Both the position numbers and the translations under genes were made by a program. A DNA stretch of 64,000 bases from an uncultured cyanobacterium (GTDB lineage: Bacteria > Cyanobacteriota > Cyanobacteriia > Cyanobacteriales > Nostocaceae), in assembly GCA_963706595.1 (NCBI GenBank), contig OY970166.1:2976001-3040000 (forward strand), read 5' to 3'. The notes under the pieces are model-generated. The model did not search any database. It was not told the DNA's origin and was given only the letters and a program-made list of their open reading frames with translations. This document shows, piece by piece, positions 11,113 to 22,154 of the stretch (position 1 is its first letter; every line of letters starts with the position of its first letter).

Positions 11113-11697
11113 CTACCAAATTTTACTCATCTTCAAATTAAATCCTGGTAAAACGTTTTCACCACTCACAGTTTCAGGATTTTCTAAACATTCTTCTGGT
11201 TGTCCAGGACGATAAATATAAACTCGGCGATGTTTACGGTCAATTAACCAAGCTAATTGTATTTCTGGTTCCTGCATATATTCTGTCATTTTGTCTTTTA
11301 ATGGTTGCAGGTTATCAGAAGCTGACCTTAATTCAATCAGAAAATCTGGACAAATAGGAGCAAATTTTTGTTTTTGTTCTGGTGTAAGTTGATTCCACCG
11401 GGCTAATTTTATCCAGGAAGCATCAGGCGATCGCTCTGCACCTGTTGATAGTTTAAATCCTGTGCTAGAATCAAAACAAATGCCCGTATTGTCTTGTTCT
11501 GCCCAAACATATAACTGTCCAGCAATATTAAAGTTACGGTTTCCTGTTTCTGAACCTGTAGGTGGCATAATTGATATTTCTCCAAGTTTATTCCTCTCAA
11601 TGCGTAAGTCGCGGTTTTCTTGACAGAATTCAAAAAATTGATCATCTGTCATTACGATTGATGAGGGAAAATGTAATATCAAAGGGGATGAAAGCAT
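11113..11697 (-). CDS. Uma2-family putative endonuclease
   Basis: RIERN, RSPDASW, ICPDFLIELRSASD motifs. Confidence 0.9.
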   Translation of the reverse strand: MLSSPLILHFPSSIVMTDDQFFEFCQENRDLRIERNKLGEISIMPPTGSETGNRNFNIAGQLYVWAEQDNTGICFDSSTGFKLSTGAERSPDASWIKLARWNQLTPEQKQKFAPICPDFLIELRSASDNLQPLKDKMTEYMQEPEIQLAWLIDRKHRRVYIYRPGQPEECLENPETVSGENVLPGFNLKMSKIW

Positions 11698-11815
11698 GGT
11701 AAATCTCTCCTACTTTGCTTACCCAAACAACTTAATTATATCTATATATAAAAATGGTGGGTTACGCGATCGCTAACCCACCCTACGAATATACTAATAT
11801 TGGTGTTAATTAAAC

Positions 11816-12454
11816 TTACTTGTTAGGCTGAGGAGTCATCCGCAAATAAGGTTTGATTTCTTTGTAACCTTTGGGGAATTTCTCTTTGAGAACTTCAGGA
11901 TCTTTCAATGAGGGTACAATTACGCAGTCTTCTCCATCTTTCCAGTCAGTCGGGGTAGCTACGCTGTAATTATCTGTTAATTGCAGAGAATCAATTACTC
12001 GCAATAGTTCATCAAAGTTGCGTCCTGTGCTGGGGGGATAGGTGAAGCTAAGACGCAGTTTTTTGTGAGGGTCGATAACGAAGACCGAACGCACTGTGAT
12101 GTTTGCAGCTGCGTTGGGGTGAATCATGTCATAAAGGTCAGAAACCTTTTTGTCTGCATCTGCGAGAATGGGATAGTTGAGGGCGGTTCCTTGAGTTTCT
12201 TCGATATCTCCCACCCAGCCATTATGGGAGTCAACATCATCAACGCTGAGTGCGATCGCTTTCACGTTACGCTTGTCAAATTCGGGCTTTAGTTTGGCAA
12301 CTGTGCCTAATTCTGTGGTACAAACAGGTGTAAAGTCAGCAGGGTGAGAAAACAGCACTACCCAGCTGTCACCCGCCCATTCGTGAAAGTTGATATCGCC
12401 GTGTGTAGAGGCTTGTGTAAAGTTGGGTACTGTATCACCAAGACGCAGAGTCAT
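11816..12454 (-). CDS. 1-Cys peroxiredoxin (Prx6 type)
   Basis: FSHPADFTPVCTTELG, TGRNFDE, ATP.DW. Confidence 0.93.
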   Translation of the reverse strand: MTLRLGDTVPNFTQASTHGDINFHEWAGDSWVVLFSHPADFTPVCTTELGTVAKLKPEFDKRNVKAIALSVDDVDSHNGWVGDIEETQGTALNYPILADADKKVSDLYDMIHPNAAANITVRSVFVIDPHKKLRLSFTYPPSTGRNFDELLRVIDSLQLTDNYSVATPTDWKDGEDCVIVPSLKDPEVLKEKFPKGYKEIKPYLRMTPQPNK

Positions 12455-12645
12455 GCAAGATTCCCTGTAATTTAGAAAGGCTTATGTATTTTACATTGCC
12501 ATCATGACATACAACACAGTTTCTCCATTGGCTTTTAGAAGTTTTTAACAAAATTTTAGTTTTTTAACGTATCAGGAAATACAAATTAATTAAAGTTGAA
12601 TAAACATAGCATTTCTTAATCTGTGAGGTAGGGATTGGTCTGTGT

Positions 12646-13824
12646 TTATTTTGTGATAATTTTTTGGTAGGCTTGGATGATTTGACGCGCGATCGCACTC
12701 CAACTAAAATACTCTAAAGCATAATTTTGGGCATTTAACCCCCGTTTCTGACATTCTTGGGGATTTTGCAAAGCTTCTGCAATTAACTTGACAAAAGTTT
12801 CTACCTTTGTTGCACCTACCCAGCCTGACTGGCTATCACGCACCTGTTGCCAAATATGCACCTGGTCAGAAATAACTACGGGTATACCTGCTACCATGGC
12901 TTCAGCGACAGCAATACCAAAATTTTCATAGTAAGAAGGCAATACGAATAAATCAGCAGCTTGTAGTAAACTAGCTTTTAACTCACCACTAACAAAGCCT
13001 GTAATTGTAGTATGCGATCGCAATGGTGAATTAGCAATCTGATCTTTAATTTTTTGCTCATAATCTGGATCTTGAGAATTTGTCCCAGCTAAAACAAAGT
13101 GAAAACTGCACTTAGACTCTAAAAGCTTTTCTAGGGCTGGAATTAACAAATCTAACCCTTTTTTTTGGTCAATTCTCGACATAAACAACACCAACGGCAA
13201 ATCTTTAGGTATTCCCCATTGACTACGGACTAAACTCCCCCCATTTCCCAGCTTTTCTGAGGGAATTACACCCAAAGGAATCACCAAATCTCGTGTAACA
13301 ACCCCAAAGCGTTCTGATATTTTCGCTTCTTGTTCACTAGTAAAATGAATTGCGGCTGCATCAGCTAGATTTCGACGTTCAATAAGTCCAGCATAAAGCT
13401 GTTTTAATTGCTTTTTCTTCCGTAAATCAGCCGGATCAAGAGTTCCTAAAGGACGCAAAATATAAGGTAGCTTTTGCTGACGACATACCCTAGCCGCCGC
13501 ACTACTTACAGGAGAGAATAAAGCATGAATATGCGCCACATCATATTCACAAGCGTGAACTTTTAACCATTTCAATAAATCAAGAGAAAACTTATAGCGA
13601 CGAAATGGGGCGCAACGAAAATAAATGATTTCATAACCATTTTGTTTCACTGGACAATTTAAAGGCACATCCAGAGGTTTTTGTCCACTATCACCATTAC
13701 TATTAGTGGTGATAATCGTGACTTCTACTTTCTCTTTCGCCAAAGCAGAAGCCAGCCCAATTACCATTTGACTGGGACCGCCATAAACAACAGAAATTGA
13801 AGGAATAATTTGTAAAATTTTCAT
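12646..13824 (-). CDS. hpsP: GT4 glycosyltransferase, probably hormogonium polysaccharide HpsP
   Basis: YGGP N-terminus, ENFGIAVAEAM; last gene of the hpsL-led cluster. Confidence 0.7.
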   Translation of the reverse strand: MKILQIIPSISVVYGGPSQMVIGLASALAKEKVEVTIITTNSNGDSGQKPLDVPLNCPVKQNGYEIIYFRCAPFRRYKFSLDLLKWLKVHACEYDVAHIHALFSPVSSAAARVCRQQKLPYILRPLGTLDPADLRKKKQLKQLYAGLIERRNLADAAAIHFTSEQEAKISERFGVVTRDLVIPLGVIPSEKLGNGGSLVRSQWGIPKDLPLVLFMSRIDQKKGLDLLIPALEKLLESKCSFHFVLAGTNSQDPDYEQKIKDQIANSPLRSHTTITGFVSGELKASLLQAADLFVLPSYYENFGIAVAEAMVAGIPVVISDQVHIWQQVRDSQSGWVGATKVETFVKLIAEALQNPQECQKRGLNAQNYALEYFSWSAIARQIIQAYQKIITK

Positions 13825-14003
13825 TATTTTGTGTGATTATTTGCGTTCGTATGCGAACCTTTAACTATTAACCAAAGTGAGTTCGACGGAACCTAACCCC
13901 AACCCCTTCCCTACCAGGGAAGGGGCAAAAATCTCTAACTTGGTAGGAAATAATAGGCTTTTTAAGCCTCTCTCCTTACAGGGGAGAGGTTTGGAGAGGG
14001 GTT

Positions 14004-15176
14004 CTATCCGTTAACCAATTCTTGATAAAACTCAAATTGCTGCTGTGCTAAAGCCTGATTAGTATATTTTTTCATAGCTTTTTGATAACCTTTTTTACCA
14101 ATATTCTCAGCAAAATTTGGTTGGTCTATTAATTGCACTAAGCAATTAGCTAAAGCTGGAACATCACCTTCAGGAAATACTAAACCAGCATCGCCAATTA
14201 CATGGGGAATTTCCCCAGAATCAGAACCAATTACCGGAACTTGGCAAGCCATAGCCTCAATTATGACATGACCAAATTGTTCTTTCCAGCCCACAGCCGT
14301 TAAAGTTTTAAATTTATAAGTAGTTTCTGAAGGTAGTACCAAGGTACTCATTAAGTTGATATAATTGGCAACTTGATCATGGGGGACACTTTCTACTAAA
14401 ATTACTCGTTCTCTCAGATTATTTTCTGTGGTAATTTTAATTAATTCTGCTTGTAACTCTCCCCGTCCCAGTAGTAATAATTTCCAAGGTTTATCTTTGA
14501 TAGTTACTAAGGCTTGCAAAAGCGTTAATAAACCTTTTTCGGGGACAAAACGCCCCACAAATCCTATCACAAACTCATCAGATTTAATCCCCAATTTACT
14601 GGCTAATTCTGGTTGTTTTTTGGGAGTAAATAAGCGTTCATCAACACCCAATTGGGGCATCACTTTAATTTTACCTTGATATCCTTGTTGTCTGAGAACT
14701 TCTGCGCCGTCTTGATTACCAGAAATAATTCCGTGACTATGGTTAAGATTATATTTCTCTAATAAAGCAATAGGAAATTTTAGTTCGTAGGGCAAATTCC
14801 ACCAAGTAAAAAATATATTTTTTGCCTTAAGTCCTAATAGCTGATTGAGAAAAATCATTTGAGCATAAGCTAGTCCTCTAGAACCTTGTTCTACTTGGAT
14901 AATTTGGGGGCGAAATTCTCGTAATAAAGAGATTAAGTCAGTCCCAAAGGTGAGAAGTCCTTGATGATTTTGACTAAAGTTAGAAATTGGGACAATTTTA
15001 AAATTGCCTTCATCTCGGTATTGAGTGGTAATAACTTTGTTTTGGACACCCCCAGGTTTCCAGGTTTTAGGGACGATAACTGTTACTTCAATTCCTGGTT
15101 TTAATTGAGCTAAAGCTCGTAATTTTTCACAGTTCAGGTCTACAATGTAGGAATGACTAGCAACTAATATTTTCAT
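14004..15176 (-). CDS. hpsO: GT4 glycosyltransferase, probably HpsO
   Basis: WKEQFGHVIIEAMAC, FVGRFVPEKG; cluster context. Confidence 0.7.
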   Translation of the reverse strand: MKILVASHSYIVDLNCEKLRALAQLKPGIEVTVIVPKTWKPGGVQNKVITTQYRDEGNFKIVPISNFSQNHQGLLTFGTDLISLLREFRPQIIQVEQGSRGLAYAQMIFLNQLLGLKAKNIFFTWWNLPYELKFPIALLEKYNLNHSHGIISGNQDGAEVLRQQGYQGKIKVMPQLGVDERLFTPKKQPELASKLGIKSDEFVIGFVGRFVPEKGLLTLLQALVTIKDKPWKLLLLGRGELQAELIKITTENNLRERVILVESVPHDQVANYINLMSTLVLPSETTYKFKTLTAVGWKEQFGHVIIEAMACQVPVIGSDSGEIPHVIGDAGLVFPEGDVPALANCLVQLIDQPNFAENIGKKGYQKAMKKYTNQALAQQQFEFYQELVNG

Positions 15177-15247
15177 AAAATTTGGATATTTCTTAATAGT
15201 CAGATGTCAGAATTAAATTGTTTTAGCTAATGACCAATGACCAAAAA

Positions 15248-16228
15248 CTAAACTTTTTGATCAAGGTGACTATAAGTTTGACCATCATTCCAGATTGACT
15301 GAATGACAGTACCCAAGGCTTTGAGAAAACCCAAACTGTAAAAAATACCGCGAGTGACAATTTTTAAGGGTGAACCACTTTTGTTACAAGGCGGGTGTCC
15401 AAGAACATGACAGTCAAACAAAGCGGCGTATAAACGTAAGGCTTGGATGGTGTTGAGGTTTTTCAGCCCCATTAAGAAATGATTGTGGTAGAAGGTGAGT
15501 TGATACTTAAGCGATCGCATACTAATATCATGACAACCCCCAGTTTCTTCACCCAAATGGATCAAAAAAGCCTCTGGATCATACCAGATTTTATAACCCG
15601 TCTGGCGGATTCGCAAACAAAAGTCTGATTCTTCGCGCACCGCACTACCGCGAAACCTTTCGTCAAAGTGCAGTCCATATTTAGTAAAAATTTCGCGGCG
15701 AAAAGACATATTGCAACCCCTAGCTGTTAATACTTGCTGGGGTTTGATGGTGTGGACTAAATCAATGTGATACCAAGCGATTCCAGGGTCCATTGCTTGG
15801 GGAGGTAAATATTCAATCTGCAACTCCCCACCCGAATCACTTAATTTACCTCTATCAAATACTCGCCCAGCTACAGCCCCTATTTCTGGATTCTGCACAT
15901 AGTTTTTTGCATGGGCTGCTAAAAATTCCGGGGTGATTTCCACATCATCATCAATAAATAAAATGATTTCACCTTGTGAACGCCGCACGCCATAATTACG
16001 CGCCCCTGGTAAACTCGCCCAGTCTAAGCGAAACCATTGGATTTTAGCTGCTGCGGAGATTTCTTCCAGGTAAGCTTGAATTTCTGGTTCGTGTGTGGGA
16101 GATTGGTCTACTACCAAAACCTCAAAGTGAGGATAGTCCTGATTTAAAACATCTACAATGCTGTCCCGCAGAGTTTCTTCTCTCCCATAGGTGGGGATAA
16201 TGACGGAAATCAAAGGCAAATCATTCAT
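15248..16228 (-). CDS. hpsN: GT2 glycosyltransferase, probably HpsN
   Basis: SVIIPTY, FIDDD, GCNMSFRR; cluster context. Confidence 0.7.
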   Translation of the reverse strand: MNDLPLISVIIPTYGREETLRDSIVDVLNQDYPHFEVLVVDQSPTHEPEIQAYLEEISAAAKIQWFRLDWASLPGARNYGVRRSQGEIILFIDDDVEITPEFLAAHAKNYVQNPEIGAVAGRVFDRGKLSDSGGELQIEYLPPQAMDPGIAWYHIDLVHTIKPQQVLTARGCNMSFRREIFTKYGLHFDERFRGSAVREESDFCLRIRQTGYKIWYDPEAFLIHLGEETGGCHDISMRSLKYQLTFYHNHFLMGLKNLNTIQALRLYAALFDCHVLGHPPCNKSGSPLKIVTRGIFYSLGFLKALGTVIQSIWNDGQTYSHLDQKV

Positions 16229-16327
16229 GTGTTTTGATCTTCAAATAAACTTGCGGCTTGACCATCGAATTCTTTGTTGAAGTTACCATTTTTAATGCTA
16301 TTTCGCTGGTAACTGGAGTAGAAATAA

Positions 16328-17986
16328 TTAAACTTTTGCCCGGAAAGATTTCTTCTTTGTCGTTTCTATAGGCTGAACATTTTTTTGTTCTTGTTTATCC
16401 ACTACTGCCAATTTAAACAATACACCTGCAAAAAACCAGTAGTATACAGCCACTGGATCAACATCTAAAGGATAATAGTAAGTATTATAGCTAATAACCA
16501 GTATAAACACCCACACAGAAGCAGCATAAGTGCGTAAACTAGGGTCTTTAATGGAGCGATATGTTTTAAAAGCAGTAATTGTCAGGGTTGTGACCAAAGC
16601 TAAAAATCCTAGCACTCCCACAATACCTACCTCCCATAGCACCTTGGGGTAGTATGTTTCTACAAGCTTAGTTCTACCCAATGCCCTGGCTGAGTTAGTA
16701 GCCCGACCTAAGCCGCTACCGATGGGGCTGGCAACATTTTTCCAATTTTCTTCAAACTGATTGAGAATAAAATCTTCGGGGGGTGCAGCGGCGGCGCGAC
16801 CCGCAAAACTATCTATTCGTTCTTGCACAATATCTGGGTAACTTACCATCGCAATTCCTAGAATTAGGGCAAGTCCCATTCCCATCGGGATTAAACGTTT
16901 TAGGTTAGCAATTTGACCAGTCAGGATGAGCAAGAGTACGAAGCAGACTGGCACTAGGGCTAAGGCAATTCTCTGTCCGGAGACCACGGCATTGATAAAC
17001 ACCGTTGCCAAAGAACCTAAACCTAATAACCGCCAAATAAGTGAAGGATCAGCGAAACCTGTGGCAAAGGCAAAAAAGGTGCTAGAAATCAAAAACCATG
17101 CCCATTGCCAAGGGGCAACAAAGGTTCCTGGTAAGCGAATTACTCCCTGACTAGGACTATAAAGTAGAGAACCACCAAAATAACATCGAGCCTCTAGTGT
17201 GGCTTTAAATAAATCGTCACCTGAAGCATTTCTAGTGCCTTCACAGACTCCAGTTAGTAGTAACACATATTGAATAATTCCCAGCGTACAGCAGGTAAGT
17301 ATGATCCCCACCTGGAGGCGCGATAAAAATAGAAAGTCTTTTTTATTCCGAACTAAATAGTAAGCACAACCAATCAATGGCACATAACCCAAAAATACTT
17401 TTAGTCCCAGAATACCCATACCTATAGGATTTTCATCGGGGGGTTTTTGCAAGAGTCCCACTGTGGGGGGATTAAGGTGTTGTCCACCATTGATAAATAC
17501 AAGTGTTAATAGGCAACATCCAAATAAAATCAATAGAGGAGTTTTAATAGCTTTGGGAACTATTAGAGGTAGTCCTTGTTTGCGGCAGGTTTGCCACAAT
17601 GCAATCAAGGCGGGGATGTAAAAAGAATCTTTAGCCAGTTGCAAAACGGGACTGTTGCCGATGTAATAGGTGATAGTACCCCCAAATGGCATATAAATCA
17701 GAAAAGCAAATAAGGCTGTGCGGGGGTATTTGTAGGAAAAGGACATGATCAGAATTGCCGCCACCCCAGGAAGTGCTATCTTAATTCCACCGACAAAAAA
17801 AAGTAGAATCCCAAAAAATACACTTGTAAAGCCTGCCGCAGTCAGCAGGCTGGTAAATTCTTTACGTCCTTGAGCTTTTTTACGCTTTTGGGCTAACCGT
17901 TCTTTAAGCGTCAGGATAGAAGCTTCATTTGTCTCCGGATTTTTTGAGGTCTTGGATTTCCGGGGTTTTGACTTTAATTTAGGCAT
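16328..17986 (-). CDS. hpsL: Polytopic membrane protein (Wzy/O-antigen-ligase-like), probably HpsL
   Basis: About 12 TM segments, SGQR, GSGLG, E.G..G motifs; heads the glycosyltransferase cluster. Confidence 0.7.
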   Translation of the reverse strand: MPKLKSKPRKSKTSKNPETNEASILTLKERLAQKRKKAQGRKEFTSLLTAAGFTSVFFGILLFFVGGIKIALPGVAAILIMSFSYKYPRTALFAFLIYMPFGGTITYYIGNSPVLQLAKDSFYIPALIALWQTCRKQGLPLIVPKAIKTPLLILFGCCLLTLVFINGGQHLNPPTVGLLQKPPDENPIGMGILGLKVFLGYVPLIGCAYYLVRNKKDFLFLSRLQVGIILTCCTLGIIQYVLLLTGVCEGTRNASGDDLFKATLEARCYFGGSLLYSPSQGVIRLPGTFVAPWQWAWFLISSTFFAFATGFADPSLIWRLLGLGSLATVFINAVVSGQRIALALVPVCFVLLLILTGQIANLKRLIPMGMGLALILGIAMVSYPDIVQERIDSFAGRAAAAPPEDFILNQFEENWKNVASPIGSGLGRATNSARALGRTKLVETYYPKVLWEVGIVGVLGFLALVTTLTITAFKTYRSIKDPSLRTYAASVWVFILVISYNTYYYPLDVDPVAVYYWFFAGVLFKLAVVDKQEQKNVQPIETTKKKSFRAKV

Positions 17987-18216
17987 AAACAGAAAAATTA
18001 TAGATTACAAATAAATTGGAATTACTAGAAATTGTCTAATACCAGAATCATCATTATCATGATTTTCTTCTGTTTCTAGCATATAAATTACAATTGCCAA
18101 AATAATACATCAAAATTTTATATTTAGTTGAATATTTTATACTTCACAGCTTCTGCATTTGAATGAGGCTGTTCATCTGCAAAAGCTGTAATAAAAAATG
18201 TGTTTTGATGAAAGAG

Positions 18217-19692
18217 TTAAACTGCCAGGTGTTGCTGGACTTGAGATACTAATTCTTTTGTCCAGTGGTTAGCCAGTTCAGCATTAGCCGCTTCTACCAT
18301 GACTCTAATTACTGGTTCAGTACCAGAAGCCCGGACTAATATTCGACCTGCATCACCCATTGCGGCTTCGGCTAAAGCGATCGCCTGTTGTACTGGTATA
18401 CAATCTTGCCAATTCAAGCGGCGATCGCGATCAATAACGCGCACATTCCGCAAAAATTGGGGATAAGTCTCAAAGCTTTGATCTACCATTTCACTCAGGG
18501 GTACACCAGCCTCTTTGACTAAAGCTGCTATATGTAAAGCTGTTAATAAGCCATCACCAGTAATGGCATAATGGCGGCAAAGAATATGACCAGATTGTTC
18601 ACCACCTAACATTCCCCCAGTCCGCATCATTTCTGCTTGGACATATTGATCGCCCACCGCAGTCCGAATTAAATTCCCGCCTTGTTCTTGCCAAGCCCTC
18701 TCAAAGCCTAAGTTAGCCATGACTGTGGAAACAATCAAGTTATCTGGCAGTTGTTGCTGTTGTTTGAGGTGCAGTCCCCACAGATAAAGAATATAATCAC
18801 CATCGACTTGCCTACCAGTATGATCGACAGCTAAGACGCGATCTGCATCGCCATCAAAGGCAAAACCCAAGTCGGCTTGATGTTCCTTGACTGTGGCTTG
18901 CAAGATTCCTAAGTCAGTGGAACCGCAATTAACGTTAATGCGATCGCCATCAGCCTCATTATGTAAGCTGATTACTTCTGCCCCCAGTTCTGTAAATACT
19001 TTTGGCGCTAACCCAACTGCTGCACCCCAGGCTAAGTCTAAGACAATTTTCAGCCCTTGAAGATTCACCGTTTGCTGCAAAGATTCTTTCAAGGTTTCGC
19101 CGTACTGACTCACTAATTCCCGGCGTGAATAATGTCGTCCACAATGACTAACTTTACCTGTAACTGTATGTCCCCGGAGTCCCGCCTCAATCTCTGCCTG
19201 CAATGCTGGAGACAACTTAGAACCATTGCCATTAAAAATCTTAATCCCGTTATCTTCTGGCGGGTTATGACTAGCAGAAATCATCACTCCACCAATGGCT
19301 GCACTGATGCTAGTTAAATAAGCAACCGTGGGAGTGGGACATAACCCCAAATACCAAACCTCTACCCCGGCTGCTGTCAACCCTGCACTTAAAGCCATTG
19401 CCAGCATATCGCTAGAATTACGGGAATCTTGCCCCAGGATGACTGGCCCTGCTTGACAACTATGATTTTGCAAAACCATCCCCGCCCAAAAACCTACTTG
19501 TAATGCTAAGGGCGCATTCAGTAATTCTCCCACTTCTCCCCGAATGCCATCTGTGCCGAACAAGGCATTTTTCGGTAGTAGTGATCCTAAGTTAAGCGCA
19601 AAATTGCCATCCAAACCTTTCCCTGATTTGTGCGATTCGGACTTAGAACTACCTCTAATCTCGCTTTGGGTTTTATTTATAGATGTCACCAT
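18217..19692 (-). CDS. glmM: Phosphoglucosamine mutase
   Basis: [35 protein letters not shown]. Confidence 0.93.
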   Translation of the reverse strand: MVTSINKTQSEIRGSSKSESHKSGKGLDGNFALNLGSLLPKNALFGTDGIRGEVGELLNAPLALQVGFWAGMVLQNHSCQAGPVILGQDSRNSSDMLAMALSAGLTAAGVEVWYLGLCPTPTVAYLTSISAAIGGVMISASHNPPEDNGIKIFNGNGSKLSPALQAEIEAGLRGHTVTGKVSHCGRHYSRRELVSQYGETLKESLQQTVNLQGLKIVLDLAWGAAVGLAPKVFTELGAEVISLHNEADGDRINVNCGSTDLGILQATVKEHQADLGFAFDGDADRVLAVDHTGRQVDGDYILYLWGLHLKQQQQLPDNLIVSTVMANLGFERAWQEQGGNLIRTAVGDQYVQAEMMRTGGMLGGEQSGHILCRHYAITGDGLLTALHIAALVKEAGVPLSEMVDQSFETYPQFLRNVRVIDRDRRLNWQDCIPVQQAIALAEAAMGDAGRILVRASGTEPVIRVMVEAANAELANHWTKELVSQVQQHLAV

Positions 19693-20232
19693 AGGTTTAA
19701 ACTCCTCACACCATCACATTGGCAAATATTACTTTACACGTTAGTTCAGCAATTTCAACTGAGCTAACTGTTTATCTGTAATATATACTCGTTTTTATTT
19801 CAAAAATCCGCATAATCCCATATTTTTAAGTAAATTTACGTAAATTATTCTTTCAGAATGTCAGTATTTTATGTGACGCGTATTTTCTAGTATTTGATAG
19901 TTGGCAATTAAATTCTGACTAGCGATAGTTATTAGCGGCTATTTGGCAAGTTAATCAAAGGCTCAAAAACTGTGAATATGAGAATTTGACAGCAATATTA
20001 ACGCTAAAACCAAAATTTAGCTCAGGATTACAAAAAGTGCCGGAAATGTTTCTCATGCAGTTCTCAATTACTTAGTCCATTGACGTTTGAATCAAAGTCC
20101 AAGTTGGCATTACTTAAAAAATTTTAATATAAATTCTCATCAAATAGTTTTAATCTAACGTTTTGATGGCCTGTTTTAGCCATTCATAAATCGTAACTTC
20201 AGCAATTAACCTTTTAAGTTGAGAAATTTAGT

Positions 20233-20949
20233 ATGAGCAGCAATTTAGCCAGCAAATTACGTCTAGGCACTAAAAAAGCCCATACGATGGCAGAAAATGT
20301 GGGTTTTGTCAAGTGTTTTTTAAAAGGAGTCGTTGAGAAAAACTCTTACCGCAAACTAGTTGCGAACTTTTATTTCATCTACTCCGCGATGGAAGAGGAA
20401 ATGGAAAAGCACCGTCAGCACCCGATTCTCGGCAAAATTAACTTTCCCCAACTCAACCGCAAGCAGACCTTAGAGCAAGATTTGAGTTACTATTTTGGTG
20501 CTAACTGGCGGGAAGAAGTTAAACTTTCGCCAGCCGGGGAAGCTTATGTGCAACGCATCCGTGAAATTTCACAAACAGCACCAGAATTATTAATCGCCCA
20601 TTCCTATACTCGGTATTTGGGTGATTTATCGGGGGGTCAAATCCTCAAAAACATTGCTGTGACAGCGATGAACTTGTCTGACAATGAAGGTACTGCTTTT
20701 TATGAATTTGCAGAGATTACCGACGAGAAGGCATTTAAAGCCCAATACCGTCAGACTTTGGATGAATTACCTCTGGATGAAGCTTCAGGCGATCGCATTG
20801 TCGATGAAGCTAACTCCGCTTTTGGCATGAACATGAAGATGTTCCAAGAATTAGAAGGTAATTTGATTAAATCTATCGGTGTGATGCTGTTTAACAGTCT
20901 CACACGTCGCCGTAATCGTGGCAATACCGAATTGGCTACGGCTGAGTAA
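20233..20949 (+). CDS. ho1: Heme oxygenase (biliverdin-producing)
   Basis: TKKAHTMAE, AHSYTRYLGDLSGGQIL. Confidence 0.92.
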   Translation: MSSNLASKLRLGTKKAHTMAENVGFVKCFLKGVVEKNSYRKLVANFYFIYSAMEEEMEKHRQHPILGKINFPQLNRKQTLEQDLSYYFGANWREEVKLSPAGEAYVQRIREISQTAPELLIAHSYTRYLGDLSGGQILKNIAVTAMNLSDNEGTAFYEFAEITDEKAFKAQYRQTLDELPLDEASGDRIVDEANSAFGMNMKMFQELEGNLIKSIGVMLFNSLTRRRNRGNTELATAE

Positions 20950-20972
20950 ATTTTTGTTGTAGGTAAAATCTA

Positions 20973-21031
20973 GGGGCAGCTTCTTTGGGGTCATCTTATT
21001 TGAGATGAGGCGATCGCAAAGAAGTTGCCCC
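20973..21031 (+). terminator. Long stem-loop between ho1 and cobW
   Basis: GGGGCAGCTTCTTTG pairs with CAAAGAAGTTGCCCC; inner TCATCT/AGATGA stem; no clear U-tract. Confidence 0.45.
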
Positions 21032-21100
21032 AAATGTTATGACTGGGGGACAATGGGAATAGACGCAATTATCGCCTCGGTGCATATCTTTAACTAAACA

Positions 21101-22141
21101 ATGGCAACAAAAATTCCGGTTACAGTGATTACAGGCTTTTTAGGCAGTGGTAAAACTAGCTTAATTCGCCACCTCCTCCAAAACAACCAAGGACTCCGCA
21201 TTGCTGTGTTAGTCAACGAGTTTGGCGAACTGGGTATTGACGGTGAATTGTTGAAATCCTGTCAGATTTGTCCCGAAGAGGGGGACGATAACAGTAATAT
21301 TTTTGAATTAACTAATGGCTGCTTATGTTGTACCGTGCAGGAAGAGTTTTATCCCACGATGCAAGAATTAATCAAGCGGCGAGATAGCATTGACTGTATT
21401 TTAATTGAAACTTCGGGTTTAGCTTTACCCAAACCTTTAATTAAAGCCTTTCGCTGGCAAGAAATTCGCGCTGCGGCTACAGTGGATGCTGTGATTACGG
21501 TGGTAGATTGTGCAGCAGTCGCATCAGGCACATTTGCTAGTAGTCCAGAGGCGATCGCATCCCAACGCCAAGCAGATGATAGTCTAGAACATGAGACACC
21601 CTTGCAAGAACTGTTTGAAGACCAACTGGCTTGTGCAGACTTGGTAGTGTTGAATAAAACTGATTTAGTCGATATTGCTACCAAGCATCGAGTAGAGGAA
21701 TTGATTAAGCAAGAATTGCCCAGAGTGGTGAAGATTGTGTCAAGCGATCGCGGTAAACTGGATGCCTCTATTTTACTAGGATTCCAAGCGGCAGTTGAAG
21801 ATAATTTAGATAGTCGTCCCAGCCATCACGACACCGAAGAGGAACACGAACACGACGAAGAGATTACCTCAACTCACTTAGTTTTAAACCGCACCTTTGA
21901 CCCCGAAAAACTACAACAACAACTGCAAAAACTCGCAAACCAACAAGAAATTTATCGCATCAAAGGCTTTGTCGCAGTAGCAAACAAACCCATGCGTCTA
22001 GTAATGCAAGGTGTCGGCACTCGATTTGATAAATTTTATGACCGTCTTTGGAAACCACAAGAACCTCAACAAACCAGCTTAGTTTTCATTGGTCGTGATT
22101 TGCAAGCTTCAGAAATCGAATCACAATTGGTAGCTTTATAA
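21101..22141 (+). CDS. cobW: Cobalamin biosynthesis GTPase CobW
   Basis: GFLGSGKT, GCLCC, ETSGLALP, HETPL.ELFEDQL, His-rich linker. Confidence 0.9.
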   Translation: MATKIPVTVITGFLGSGKTSLIRHLLQNNQGLRIAVLVNEFGELGIDGELLKSCQICPEEGDDNSNIFELTNGCLCCTVQEEFYPTMQELIKRRDSIDCILIETSGLALPKPLIKAFRWQEIRAAATVDAVITVVDCAAVASGTFASSPEAIASQRQADDSLEHETPLQELFEDQLACADLVVLNKTDLVDIATKHRVEELIKQELPRVVKIVSSDRGKLDASILLGFQAAVEDNLDSRPSHHDTEEEHEHDEEITSTHLVLNRTFDPEKLQQQLQKLANQQEIYRIKGFVAVANKPMRLVMQGVGTRFDKFYDRLWKPQEPQQTSLVFIGRDLQASEIESQLVAL

Positions 22142-22154
22142 TCTCCCCAAATCT

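Noticed and set aside
20950..21100. Cobalamin riboswitch upstream of cobW
   Set aside because: No recognisable B12-box or conserved core; only a simple hairpin
20233..22141. ho1 and cobW as part of the tetrapyrrole cluster
   Set aside because: About 10 kb away, outside the MITE-bounded island, and ordinary core genes
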